Positions 34,639-46,669 of a stretch of 64,000 nucleotides of DNA are shown piece after piece. The translations under genes and the position numbers were made by a program. The DNA is from Chlorokybus atmophyticus (Eukaryota; Plantae; Mesostigma and Chlorokybus algae). How positions within the stretch are numbered: position 1 is the stretch's first letter; every line of letters begins with the position of its first letter. The notes below the pieces were generated by a model, which ran no database searches, was not told where the DNA came from, and saw nothing but the letters and a program-made list of their open reading frames with translations. The DNA lies in NCBI GenBank assembly GCA_009103225.1, contig RHPI01001037.1, forward strand, positions 1,794,551-1,858,550. Reading direction: 5' to 3'.

Positions 34639-37600
34639 TGTCGGGCTTCGCATGGTCGAGGGCTGGTGTGTCTCGAGCGGTTGAGCTGTAGCTGGTAGCA
34701 GCACAATGCTCCGTGCAAATGATCAGCACATATACATATATTGTGGTATATATGCAGAAAGGCATGTGAAAAAGCATGCAAAGTACCCCCCTGTTGAGGA
34801 TACTTACAGTATGGAAACCGCATGATGATTCGGTGTGGTATGGCTGGCACTGTCGCGGACGTGTAGCGTGAGTCAACAAGCCACCCCCCCTTTAGGACTG
34901 AGGGAAGTCCATGGTGCAGGCCTCAGTGATTGTGTGCGTTGGGCAGACCGTTGCGTCGGCAGTCGTTACACCAGTAGGCCTCCAGTGGAACTCTGTGAAG
35001 TGGGGGATTAAGGCAGTAGCAGTGCATGCCGTCATTGCACCCATCGCACAACATCATCAGGGCATTATCGTCGGCGCTGCCACACTTTTCACAACGCTTC
35101 CTGCAGCTGGGCCGAGGGTGGTGAACGCGGTCAAACCCTGCCACCTTGTAGACGACGCGTTGTACGCTGATGTCCAGCGTGTCCTGTGTGCGCGCCATAC
35201 GGTAGACAAAGTCGCCGGCTTCGAAACGCCGACTGCGCTGCTTGTAGAAACCGCTCCTGACGCATTCGTAACGCAGGGTGTCACGGTGCTGGGCGATGCG
35301 TAGGTTGTTCATGGCCATTGGGATTAGATGGCGGAAGAGCTCAGCACGGACCTTCATGTCGTAGTGCATCAGGTCGGGGTCCTCAAGATTGTCCAACACA
35401 CGAGCTGCCTCCTGCTGTGCCCGAAAGGGGAGAAGTGGCTCGCGCCCGAACAACAGTTGGTATGGGCTGTACTTGTTGAGGGCCGCCTGCTTGGACAGCC
35501 GATAGCCGAGCGCCACCCAAGGAAGGTGATCATTCCAAGTCCGCTTGCCGTGGTTGATGATGTACTTCCTGAGGGCTTTCTTAATGGTCTGAACTGTGCG
35601 CTCTGCTAACCCATCAGCCTGTGGTCGCGAGATGTACGGCGGTAGTCAATGTAGGCGTTGCTGATGAGTTCGTCGAACTCACCCCAGAACTCCGTGCCCT
35701 GATCAGTGACGACCTCCGCACAGGAGCCAAACGACCGAGGACGTGGTCGAGGAAGGCGCGGGCCACCCCCCTGTTGTTTTTGTCTGGCAGTGGCACCAGC
35801 TCTATCCATTTGAAAAAGTGCTCAATCATAACCAGGATGTACTTGTTCCCACGAGCGGAGGGCGAGAGATCACCGAGGATGTAAAGACCCCAGTGGTAGA
35901 ACTTTCCTGAGATGGGAAGTGGATGCAGCGTGGCGCTGCGGGTATTGAGGCTGGAGCGCACGAGGTCGCAGTGGGAGCAGTTACCCACACATAAGCGCGG
36001 ACCTGTGTATACATGCCGTGCCACCAGTACTGCGCTCGCACCAAACTGACTGTGCGCTTGACAGCGAAGTGTCCCAGCTCGGTATGGAGAGTGGCAATGA
36101 TGCCTTCTCTCAAGTGTGGAGCGGGCACCTCATTGTCCTCGATGCGGATGCGTCGAAGGAGCAGTCCGTCCTGCCAATGGTAGTACCGTGTCCTTTGGTT
36201 GACACGGTCGTGTTCTCGTGCGGTCAGTCCCACGGGCCGTTGTCCTTGTTGTAGGAAGGCAAGAGAGTGGGCGTCACGCCCGATGTCCTGTCTCAAATCC
36301 GTTGGGGGGAGGTTGATGTCGTCGACACCCCCCTCATCAGTTGCATCAGGGACAAGCTCCAGCGTAGGCATGGCTGAAGCGGTGGTGTTGTCACCACTGA
36401 CGGAGGCCTCTGACTCTGTGGTGGCTGTGACACGGCCTGACCGTAGCGCGGCGAGGGCGAACATTGTGCTTACTCGCGGGGGAGGGGCTGCAGAACTCAA
36501 CTCGTGACGCGCACCTATGGCGTCGTTGGTGGAGAGGTGAGGATTGAGGCTGAGGCCGTCAGCATCCAAGTTGGCTAGGCCGGCGCGGTGATCGATCTCA
36601 AAGTCATACTCCTGCAGGAGCAGTGCCTAGCGCGTGAGCTTGCCGGTGAGGTGCTGGTTCGTAATTAACCAGCGCAGAGACTGACGGCCGGTAATGAGCC
36701 GAAACTGTCGTTCAAACAAGAACGGCCTGAAGAAGGAGATGGTCTACACAGCAGCGAGGCACTCGCCCTCGTAGCTGCTGTAGTTGGCCTCGGCAGCATT
36801 GTTGATGCGAATGGCATAGGAGATGACGCGCTCCTTCTTGTTGTCGTCGTGCTGGACAAGCACAGCGCCCATGCCGAGCTTGCTCCAGTCAGTATGCAGT
36901 ACAAAAGGCTTGGTGTAGTCAAGTCGCTGCAAGATGGGGGCTGTTGTCAGCCTTTGTTTCAGTGCGTTGAATGCAGCCTGGTGAACCTCCTTTCACTCCC
37001 ATTCCGCCTCCCTCTTTTGTAGTGCGTTGAGTGGACGTGCGATGGATGAGAAGTCCTTCATGAAGCGGCGGTAGTAGTTAGCCAATCCCAAGAAGGCTCG
37101 CAGTCGCGTGAGATCTGTAGGAGCTGGGATGGCATCCAGTGCTTCAACCTTGGCCTGCTTTACGTGCACGCCATTGGGCACAATCATATGCCCCAGATTT
37201 GGTACCTTGTGGGTGAAGAAGGTGCACTTGTTCGGATGGGCAGTTATCCCGACTGCCTTGACTTTGCGCAGCACTTCCTCGATGTGTAGCAAGTGCTTCT
37301 CTGGTGTGTGGCTGAAAATTAAAACGTCGTCGATGTAGCAGCGTGCGAAGGCACACCCCTTGAGAGCTTTGTCCATCACCCGCTGGAACTTGGCAGGTGC
37401 ATTCTTCACTATGAAAGGCATCACCTTCCACTGGTACAGCTGCCAATTGCCCCAAAACGAGGTCTTGTGCTTGTCAGCCTCCTTGATCTCTATCTGGTTG
37501 TACCCTGCCTCATATCAAGGATGTTGAAAATGATGCAGGTGCCGACGTCATTGAAAATGCCTTCAGCCGTCGGCATGGGGTAGCGATCCTGCTTGGTTTT

Positions 37601-38733
37601 GTTGTTGAGGGGGCGGTAATCTCCACACATGCGCCTGTCTGTCCAATTGCCGTTGGAGTCTTTCTTAAGTGGCATAACCGTGGCGGCGGCGAAGTCTGAC
37701 GTGGACTCCTCTATGAGACCGGCGTCGAGCAAAGCTTGGCAACATTGTTCCACAAGCTTTTCCTCGAGCTTGGACACCTTGTACTGCCGTTAGAACACGG
37801 GCTCCTCGTTAATGAGGTCGATGTCCTTCTCGTACACACTGCACTTCCCTAACTCCTTCGCGTTGAAGCTAAACGGTGCCCTCCACTTGTCTAGCAAGGC
37901 TTTGAGCTGTTCTTTGGTGTCACCTCTTGCAAGTGGCCCTAGTGCGTATTCCCATGACGTGGCGTTGGCTTTGACGGGAATGTCCTCCACGGTGACTGCG
38001 GCCTGCTCCTCCATCCGTTCTGTCTCCACAGCTGTGTAGGCTGGCGCTGTGCCTCATGGGCGATCAACCCACGAGGGCGGTCCCGTCGGCTTGGTTCCGT
38101 GGTGGAGGATGATGCGCGTGATTTGGAGGTGTTCATGTCCAGCACTGCCCTCCCCCACACATGTCACTCATTTTTCGCCCAGGCCACATCAAATGCCTGC
38201 ACCAAGGAGTAACCACCTGGCCGTGCGTTATCCAGGGCCAGCCCAACAGTGTCATTCAGTGGCGGTTCCAGCTGATTGACATAGATGTTAGCGGCAGCCT
38301 CGTCGCTGATGATTCCGCCGCCAGTGTCACGCAACAGCTGGGCAAGGCGGGTGTACATGCGTAACGAGTCCTCACCGCTCTTGCGCCTGAAGCGTCTCAA
38401 CTCTTCCACCTTATGGCTGGTCTGAGCTGGGTAAGTACGCCGCAGGGCAGCATACAAGTCCCTAAGAGCGGAGCCGGTGTACTCCACCGGAACCGTGAAG
38501 GACGGTAGTCTCACGATGGCTGATCCCACCGAGATTGAGCTGGGCGCGGGAGCATTGAAGATGTTCTGCGAGGCGGTGTTGGCTCCTGCTTTGGTGGCAG
38601 CCTCCGCAGTCTCAGCTCTGGTCCTGGTGGCAGCTGCTTCAGCAGCGACAGCGCGGCCGCATTGACGCATCAACCGAAGGGTTTGTAGCTCGATCTCTGC
38701 CGCTCGGGACTGCTGCGCTTCCTCGAACTAACT
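34639..38733 (-). mobile_element. Ty3/gypsy LTR retrotransposon copy 2, degenerate; Gag fragment, RT-RH-INT-PHD (protease region missing), probable 3' LTR 34849-34639
   Basis: Gag VEELRRFRRKSGEDSLRMYTRLAQLL; RT RRMCGDYRPLN, WKVMPF, CYIDDVLIFS; RH LHTDWS; INT VMIEHFFKWIE, VTDQG; PHD at 35093-34959; AAAGGGGGGGTGGCTTGTTGAC as in copy 1. Confidence 0.95.
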
Positions 38734-41644
38734 CGTAACTCGCCAAATACACTTCCTCTCACTCAATAACATAATCATCTACCTTCCCATCGCAAAACCC
38801 AATAGATATTATTGTCTATATGCTTTTACAAGCAAATCCAACTACCTCATGCCTACCACCAGCCCACAGTCTCTTATTCCCCTGCATGTAGTCATATCCC
38901 GAGACAACCTAGCTCAAGTCTTTCACCGGCATGACAGCTGTCGCACCACGTCTCCTCGAGGTCCCCGAAGTACCCCCCACATGTAGTCCTCCACACAATC
39001 TTAAATCAACTCCCCATCGTTGTGCGCGTAGCTCCCCGCTGACTCCTTCCGCATCAGTCGCATCGCGTCCCCTCGCGGTCCTCGTGCCTTGTAGTGTAGT
39101 CGTAAGGGTATGAAAGCCTTCTCCACTGTCACTCCTCCATGGCGGACGAAAACATGTTGTCTCCGACCAGTTGTTGATGCACATCCCCACCGGATACATG
39201 CAATTTTGTCCTATCAACAAGTCAAGTGATGTCGAGTTCGTCACAAGGCATTGCGTCCAGAATATGCAGCTCTCCCCCTTGTCGTTGCTGCATAGCTTGA
39301 TAGGTACTTGCTCCTTTATACGCCCTCGAACGGACTCTGTCGCCCCCAACGCTATCTCTTTGTTGAATGGGCATGGCTCTAGGCCGTTGTCGCTCAGCTG
39401 CAACACCTCCATCGCCGTCATCCTCAACATAATCGGCTTGCTGCACACGCGTGTCCAGCAACACCGAGCACGGTATATACCCTCCGATGCTGATGTGTCC
39501 TTCCTTGTTGTCCACCATCGCCACTCGCGGCCACACGCGCGCACCGCCGGCCTCATGAGAACCAAGGTGTCGTCACTGCGCGCAGTTGTACGCATCACCT
39601 CCATCTTCTCCTCTACCTCGCGTTGCTGCTGTGGTGCTGTGATGGTCTTCATATAACACACCTGCACTTTCTCCTTGACCTTCAACACCTCCGTGCTGGT
39701 CCCGACCAGGTCCGCACGCGCGTTGCAATCACCCCCCTTGACGGGTACCTGCTCGCCAACCGCGTCAGCTGCACGCCGTGTTTGCCACACAACGTACGCT
39801 TCATACTCGAACGGCATGCCTTGCATCCACGTCTGCAGCTGCTCAAGGCCGCCTTCAACTCCTTCACTTCGTTGCGCAACGCCGCGGCCTTGGCCGAAGC
39901 CTCGTTGCTGGTCGTGACTGCCTCCGTCATCGATGTCGTGTCCGCGGCACTCCCTCACGCCATCATCACCTGCTGCGTCAGCCTCCGCCCCGCTCGTGCT
40001 CGTCTCGCACTCGGTCTCAGCTCCGGGTTTACTCCAACACTCATCCATCATGTGGCCTTTCTTCCCGCAGTGCCCACACTGATTAGCTTGGGTCTCCCTT
40101 AAGCTGCTGTCCCTCCTTGACAATCGCGTTAAATGTGGTCGGCTGCACCGCACGCGTAGCAGCTCCGCCCCATCAGTGTTGTCATCGCCGGCGCCACCCT
40201 CACCGTTGTTGTCGTTGTTTGCTTAGCCTCCTTGTTGCTGGTCTCGCCTCTGTTCAGAGCTAGAATAGTCCTATTGTACTCCACCGCGTGCTGCACCGCT
40301 TCTGCCATCTCGCACGCATGCTGCAACGAGTACTCCTTTAACAATCCTTGTCCCGTCATAGTGATCTTCACCTCCTTTAATAGGTACGTCTCCAGCTACT
40401 CCATACAGATGATCGCGGCTGCCTTGTCCTTTAAGATTGACTACTCCATGTCCTCCAACAGTCGGTACATCCTCCCATACATCATCTTGGTGTCTCGCCC
40501 TCTCCCCTCCGGAGTAAAGTCAGCTCTTTGATCTTTTCAGCAGTCATGGGCTTGAATGCTTCCTTCAACCTCTTGTAGAGCTCCTCCATGGCTGATGTTG
40601 TCAATGCCGGCGCTCCTCCTGACCTCAAAACGCTCGTTCCTCCACCATGCTAGCTGCTGCAGGCTCCCTCTCGGTGACGATCTGCTCGTAGACGGTGTAT
40701 GCCTTGTGCTTTAAGTATCATGGGATTAGTCGGAATGCCTTCTCCTCCGTCCACGATCGGTCTCGTGTTTCCTACTACAAACATTAGCCTTAAACTTCAC
40801 AATGAACTTCCTCAACGACAATGATCCTGGCATCCAACTAAACGCCAATGATGTGCTGGTGCTGCTTGTGTCATTCTCCACGAGACCAAACAGGCTAGCC
40901 ATGCTATCACTCACTATATTGTCAACCACACACTCGTCTTACCAACCACCGAAGTCCCTGAATCTGGTCAGCAAATGAACAGTCTACACTAGGGTGATGA
41001 TAATGATCTCCTCCTTGTAGATGTACTTGCTGAGCAAGGCATGGTATGCGCCAGTGTCACATGCTCACACAACAACAGTAGCGACAAAGGCACCAATTGC
41101 ATACAACACGAAGATGTATTGCACTAGTGTTATGGCACTTGTATGACAACTTGCTGACCATATAGCTACATCCGTTCAATCATACTACTTATACAATGAA
41201 CAAGTCAATGACACATGTCCTAATCTAACACAACCAACAAGGAACGCACTAGACCATAGTAAAAGCTACTTGGACTTGCTCTCCTTCAGCTCAAATCCAC
41301 CTCCAATGATGAGTAGACCATCTTCATGGCAAGCTCTTGACTGCCGCGATGATTGCCCACTTCTTCCCCACTCACAACTCTCAAATTAGCCCCAATTACA
41401 CCCATCAGATGTGGGGTACGCTGATGTCCGGTTACTCTAACTGTAACTCGTCAAATACACTTCCCCTCACTCAATAACATTATCATCTACCATCCCATCG
41501 CAAAACCCAATAAACATAATTGTCTATATGCTTCTACAAGCATATCCAGCTACCTCATGCCTACGACCAGCCCAGAGTCTCTAATTCCCCTGCATGTAGT
41601 CATATCCCGAGACAACCCAACTCAAATCCTTTACCGGCATGACA
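38734..41644 (-). mobile_element. LTR element carrying Gag (two CCHC knuckles) and protease only; TR-GAG-like, non-autonomous
   Basis: 203-bp LTRs at 38734-38936 and 41442-41644, ~90% identical, TG...CA on the right copy; knuckles CYACGAADHI*RDC and CGHCGKKGHMMDEC; protease region homologous to copy 1; no RT/RH/INT; no TSD seen. Confidence 0.85.
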
Positions 41645-41658
41645 ACGTCCATCCTTCA

Positions 41659-42700
41659 TTAGCCTCTCGCCTGCCCGAGGTGGGTGGGACCTGCAGTGGG
41701 TGAGAATTTTGTATTGCGTAGCATACACGTGCTACATGTCCACGCAAGCGGGTTGCGTGGACATGTAGCGCGTGTATGCTCGCATTCTCGGCATAAATAA
41801 CAGGTTGGTGGAGACAGAGGGGTGAGAACTTCCACCGTTTGTATAGCCCAACCGTCTGCATTATGAATCACGAAGGAGACCTTGGAGGGAAGCTTGGTGC
41901 CAGGAGCAGGAGAAAAGCAAAAGCGAGAGTTAAGGGTTTTAAAACGAGGGGAAGAACGACCATCTAGCAGAATGTCCTCCATATTGCCGTACGGCCGTGG
42001 AGCTGCGCTTATAATATGGGACCAGCTCTGGCTTTAAGCCCATAAATGAACCCAGAAGTTGGCAACCGTTGGAGACTTTCAGCGGAGGACACAAATAGGA
42101 TAGCTACTGCATAGCGAGAGCTTGCCAGCTTGGTGCTGAGTGTACAGCTGCTTCGCACCTGCTGAGGAGAAAAGGCATTGAAACTCCCCTCCTTGCAGTT
42201 GGTATGTGGAGGAGAGCAACGTGCCGCTCATAAAGTCCGTGCACACACTCTTCAACCATGCAAGCCAAACAGTGTGGGCTGCTGTTATGAATGGTGTGTA
42301 CGCAAATCTGAAAATGAGAGCTCTAGCACATAGCTGTTGCGACCATTTGTGAATATAGCTGGTGCTATAGTAACGTGCAAGTGGTCATCGCTAATGGTGG
42401 TGACAATGAGAGCGTCCGGAGGAGTACACATTGATGGAATCATCTCATATATGCTTGGAGGGTTGTCTGAGTGAATGCTTTGACTGTAGCAGCCCCGGAC
42501 TGTCGTCCGAAAGGGTGAAGTCATCGCCAGCAGTTCTAGACAACGGCAGCCCTCTGATTGAGCTGCCGGTGCGGACGCCTATGCACGGTCAGGGTGTTGG
42601 AGGGAGGCGTCGAGCCAGTCCTCCATGGGGGCAATAAGGGATTGCATCAGGGGGTCGGCCATAGGGTCGTTCAGCCCGAAGACACCTACCATGACGCGCA
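41659..42700 (-). pseudogene. Decayed ORF ending in a CCHC zinc knuckle; resembles LINE ORF1p
   Basis: ~350 codons with stops and one frameshift, ending VEVLTPLSPPTCYLCRECEHTRATCP (CX2CX4HX4C); no ORF2 seen. Confidence 0.5.
41721..41779. repeat. Near-perfect hairpin, 27-bp stem, 5-nt loop
   Basis: GCATACACGTGCTACATGTCCACGCAA-GCGGG-TTGCGTGGACATGTAGCGCGTGTATGC, one mismatch. Confidence 0.95.
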
Positions 42701-44427
42701 GATACAGCGGGCTAAATGAACATCAACGCTCTCTCAGCTGCGCCACGTAGCGGGAGCAGCGAAATTGGCCCTAGCTAGTCAAACTAGACCCACGAGTAGG
42801 CCCCATGAACTGCCCAGCAGCCCATGGAGCCCCTTCCCCCCCCCNNNNNNNNNNNNNNNNNNNNNNNNNNNNNNNNNNNNNNNNNNNNNNNNNNNNNNNN
42901 NNNNNNNNNNNCCCCCGCAACAACGCCGCCTCATCCGCATTAGTAATATGTCAAGTATATGTCATGCTACAACGCTCATGCGATGCACGACTCCGCGTGT
43001 TGTTGCATTAAAACTCGAACACCTAGTGAGCCATGTGTGTGAGCAGGCGGCTGAAGTAAGAAGACCCACCTTATCGGTTGGCCCGAATTTTACATGAGTT
43101 TAGCCATGCGCACTTCTTGTGCAACGTCCTGTGCGGTTGCACTATCCAGCGAGCAGCGTATCCACGTCCACCGCCGCCGCCACCACCTGTTCGTGGTGGT
43201 TGTGGTCGGCGTTGTGGGCAAGCGGAGAGCTACCAGTAGGGCAAATTTCTTCAAACCCGCCCACCCAACCCAGTTCAAACGGCCATTGGCGATATTGTAC
43301 GAGCCATCCTGGCCGTCATCGCTACATAAGCATCGGACGGCACTCTGTTGAGGAGCGTCGACCGTCCGTTTTCTTGGTTTGTGCACTAACGGTAGGAGGG
43401 TTTCAACACAAACGGCGAGTTAGTCCCTGCAGAGGAGGACTAATGAGGTTGCCAGGTGCATTGAGGGCAACATTTCGGCCCCAGCTATTAGCAGGCCAAG
43501 GCAACACGTTGCCCAATAAGTATATGATGTTATGTTACAACGGCCATGCGATGCACGACTCCGTGCTTTCTGAAATCTGACCTGGGCTCGCAATAGCCAA
43601 CGTGTTGATGCCGTGGCTGGCGCGCTTCTACATGCAAAAATGACATATATTGTATATGTTATACCATAGACAGTGTAGAGTCTATGACATACATGCCAGC
43701 GCATTGCAACCTGAAAGTGCCATGCTCGTAATCTGCCGGCCAGGCGGCGAGCAAGACGCTTCTCTCTGCCACAGCAGAAGAGTTCACGGTCCGTCTGCAA
43801 TGGGTCTCTCTCTCTCTCTGCTCCCATCTCTAAAGTCATCACAGTTGTGTTTCTTACTCAGACTGGTAAAGGGTTGGCGGCAAGTTGTTGCACGACTTTG
43901 TGCATACGGACACATGGTTGTGCCCATGGCGCAAGGTCAGTGGCATCTATGGCGGTGTGCACTCGCTTGTGGGTTTTGCAGCATGCAAAGGGCTAGCCAG
44001 TCGTTGGCTAGCCCTGTGCAGCATTAAATGCTGAGCAAAGTTGCGTTATCTGCATATCATTCATGCTGCCTGCGTTTCTGTGTATGCATGGAGCGCAAAT
44101 GCACATGCATGTACATATGCGCTCTATGCATTTACGTGCACGCAAGATAAGATGCGCCACACTGGCGGCATTCTCACTCTGCGCACTGGCATTGAGCAGA
44201 ATAATGCAACTGCACGCCAACGGGATTGCGTACAACACGAGCACCGTACTGGTTGTTTTTGTTGTGGCGGCTAGTGTGGGAGTCTACTCTTCTTAACTTG
44301 ACTAACAGGTGAGAGGAGCAGTGCCTTCAGCGTCTGTCCTGCAACCGTACCACTGTGCTTGACACGCTGCTTCTGACTCTCGTGACTGCGTTCATGTGGT
44401 GTTCGACAGCAACACAGAAACGAAGCC

Positions 44428-45903
44428 ATGCGTTGGCCGGTGGTAGGTGTGTATGCTGTGGTCTTGGTGTGGCGCAGCGTGGAACACCTGATTAGCGAAT
44501 GGATTCCTCGTCATGTCTTCACCAACGCTGTCGTGCCCCTTCACAACTTGCGGAGCGCCACGGTGCTTTCGCAGTTGAGCAGCAGCAGCAACGCAGATGA
44601 GGCAATCTCTCGCCCGTCAGCAGTCATGTGGAGGTGGTTGGAGAGCAGCCACCACATGCAAGGCAACAAAGGCGAGCAGCAGAAGCAGCGTCAGTGGCTT
44701 GATGAAGAGGCTGACATTGGCGCCAAGGTGACCAACGAGGCTAAGGGTTTTGCGCATGGACTTAGCACTCAGATGCTCTCAGCGCATCATTATGACGAGC
44801 AGCATGCGAGCCCGAGCGATTATGTGTACATGCACCTGGCGGTCGAGAGAGATGTGGACGCGGAGGTCAAGGTGGTGGAGATGAACGGTAACGACACTCT
44901 GCACTACATCACCGAAAACGCGCGCCACAGCAACTGGATGCACCTGTTGTACCTGTGGGCTGTCGCCATCGTTGGCCTGCAATTGTCTTTGCTCATCGCA
45001 CACGATAGCACCGTTCCCATCGGGTTCGGTTTGCTCCTCGATGTGGGCCTTATGCTGAGCGTGGTGTTTGAGACGGTCATGAGGTTGCGCTACCAGTTCC
45101 AGGCGGGGCGGCTATACGCCATCGGCACAAACGTCGCGGTGCATGAGCAGCTCGTGTTTCGTGGGGGCCAGTACTGCCTCAACGGGCCTGCCCTCTCCAG
45201 TGTTGAAAGCCGTAACACCGCGGCTCTTGCCGTCTTGCCTGGCTGGAAGGACATGATCAGCTCGCAGGTGGTCACGGCGGGTGGCACGATGGCAGCTGGC
45301 AGCCTGCAGGGACCAGGGCTCGGCAGCGCGCAGCGCCTACCGTCGTTATTCAAACCACGTGGAGGAGGGAGCATGTACACTTTACAGTCAAAGCAGCAGC
45401 GGCTGCCGGGGGCGGGGCGATCAAGTAGAGACGACTGCGTTAAGCGGCTGCTCGAGGCCAATGATTTCTTGAGCACGAGCTCAGCGGTGTTGCTTGGGAC
45501 GCTCTTGGTGCTAGCGGTTGGTGTGGTGGCGTGTCGCATTCATCCAGAGGTCATGAGCACATTGTTCTTAGCCAACCTTGTGTACGTCATCCCAATCCTT
45601 GCCGCACTGCCTGTTGTGCTCACCACAAACAATGGCAAGCTGCGCCGCGCGGTTATGGCTATGGAGCGGCTGGAGGAGGATATGAACGTTGTTAACGAGG
45701 GCTCATTTATCAATGTTGGGCTAGAGTGCCACTGGGAGGAGCATGGCCAGACGCCTCTTCAAACCAAGTTGCTATGGAGCACCTGCTGGCCGCTGCACTT
45801 CATGTACATGGGCCGCAAGCATGGCAGACTTCCCGACAGTGCTGTGGGCAATAGCACTACACACAGAACTCTGCTCCACGCCAAAGCATGCAAGGACGAG
45901 TAG
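44428..45903 (+). CDS. Unknown 491-aa multi-pass membrane protein, uninterrupted ORF
   Basis: Long open frame; hydrophobic segments LLYLWAVAIVGLQLSLLIA, IGFGLLLDVGLMLSVVF, AVLLGTLLVLAVGVVAC, LFLANLVYVIPILAALPVVL; no family recognised. Confidence 0.6.
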   Translation: MRWPVVGVYAVVLVWRSVEHLISEWIPRHVFTNAVVPLHNLRSATVLSQLSSSSNADEAISRPSAVMWRWLESSHHMQGNKGEQQKQRQWLDEEADIGAKVTNEAKGFAHGLSTQMLSAHHYDEQHASPSDYVYMHLAVERDVDAEVKVVEMNGNDTLHYITENARHSNWMHLLYLWAVAIVGLQLSLLIAHDSTVPIGFGLLLDVGLMLSVVFETVMRLRYQFQAGRLYAIGTNVAVHEQLVFRGGQYCLNGPALSSVESRNTAALAVLPGWKDMISSQVVTAGGTMAAGSLQGPGLGSAQRLPSLFKPRGGGSMYTLQSKQQRLPGAGRSSRDDCVKRLLEANDFLSTSSAVLLGTLLVLAVGVVACRIHPEVMSTLFLANLVYVIPILAALPVVLTTNNGKLRRAVMAMERLEEDMNVVNEGSFINVGLECHWEEHGQTPLQTKLLWSTCWPLHFMYMGRKHGRLPDSAVGNSTTHRTLLHAKACKDE

Positions 45904-46669
45904 CAAGTGACCCGACAGGTCACTTTCGCGCTAACAGTGGTGTCAACATGTACCTCACCTTGCACATGACATAGCGTGCAGGGAACTTATTGCAGGCCAG
46001 CAGCACCCACGCGTACTCTATGGAAGCCTTCTCTTCTCTTGCGCTGTTGACCTGCAAGGCCTGCATCCCATTGGCATGCGAAGGGTGTTGCAAGTGACGT
46101 ACTTGCAAGAGTTACATTGTGCTGCCTCAAGCAAAGGACGTGATGTGGCTTCGTATTCACATCAGTCAACAGTGACATGAGTCTCACCAGCTCGTACTAC
46201 TTTCCAAGGACGTCGCTCTGCAAGTCAGGCCAATCTCGACAACAATGAGTGGGTGTCAGAGGTAGGGGGTATGTTAACGCAACGTTGCTTGCGTGCGAAC
46301 AGCCAGATTCAACAGGAGATAGGCGATGGTGTGATATTCCGTTAGCCGTTGCACATCAGCTACAGCTACTCGACATGGCACCTGTGCTACTGGTGCATGC
46401 ATGCATCCATGGCAAACCACCTATATGGGTCGTTGTTCACGGTGCCACTGTTCACAGAGCCAGTGTTTGCCATGTGCACGCGCATACCGCTCGTGCTCAG
46501 CGGGCTGCGGGAAGTTGTGTGGCCCAGCATGGACCAGGAAGTAGGAGCCGGAGGCGGCGCTAGCGTGGCCGATGGCGACAACACACGCACACGCATCTTA
46601 CCACGGACACCAACGACGCTGCAGCGACGGAATAGGAAGAGGGAGGACAAGGAGGAGGGCGAGACTCCA

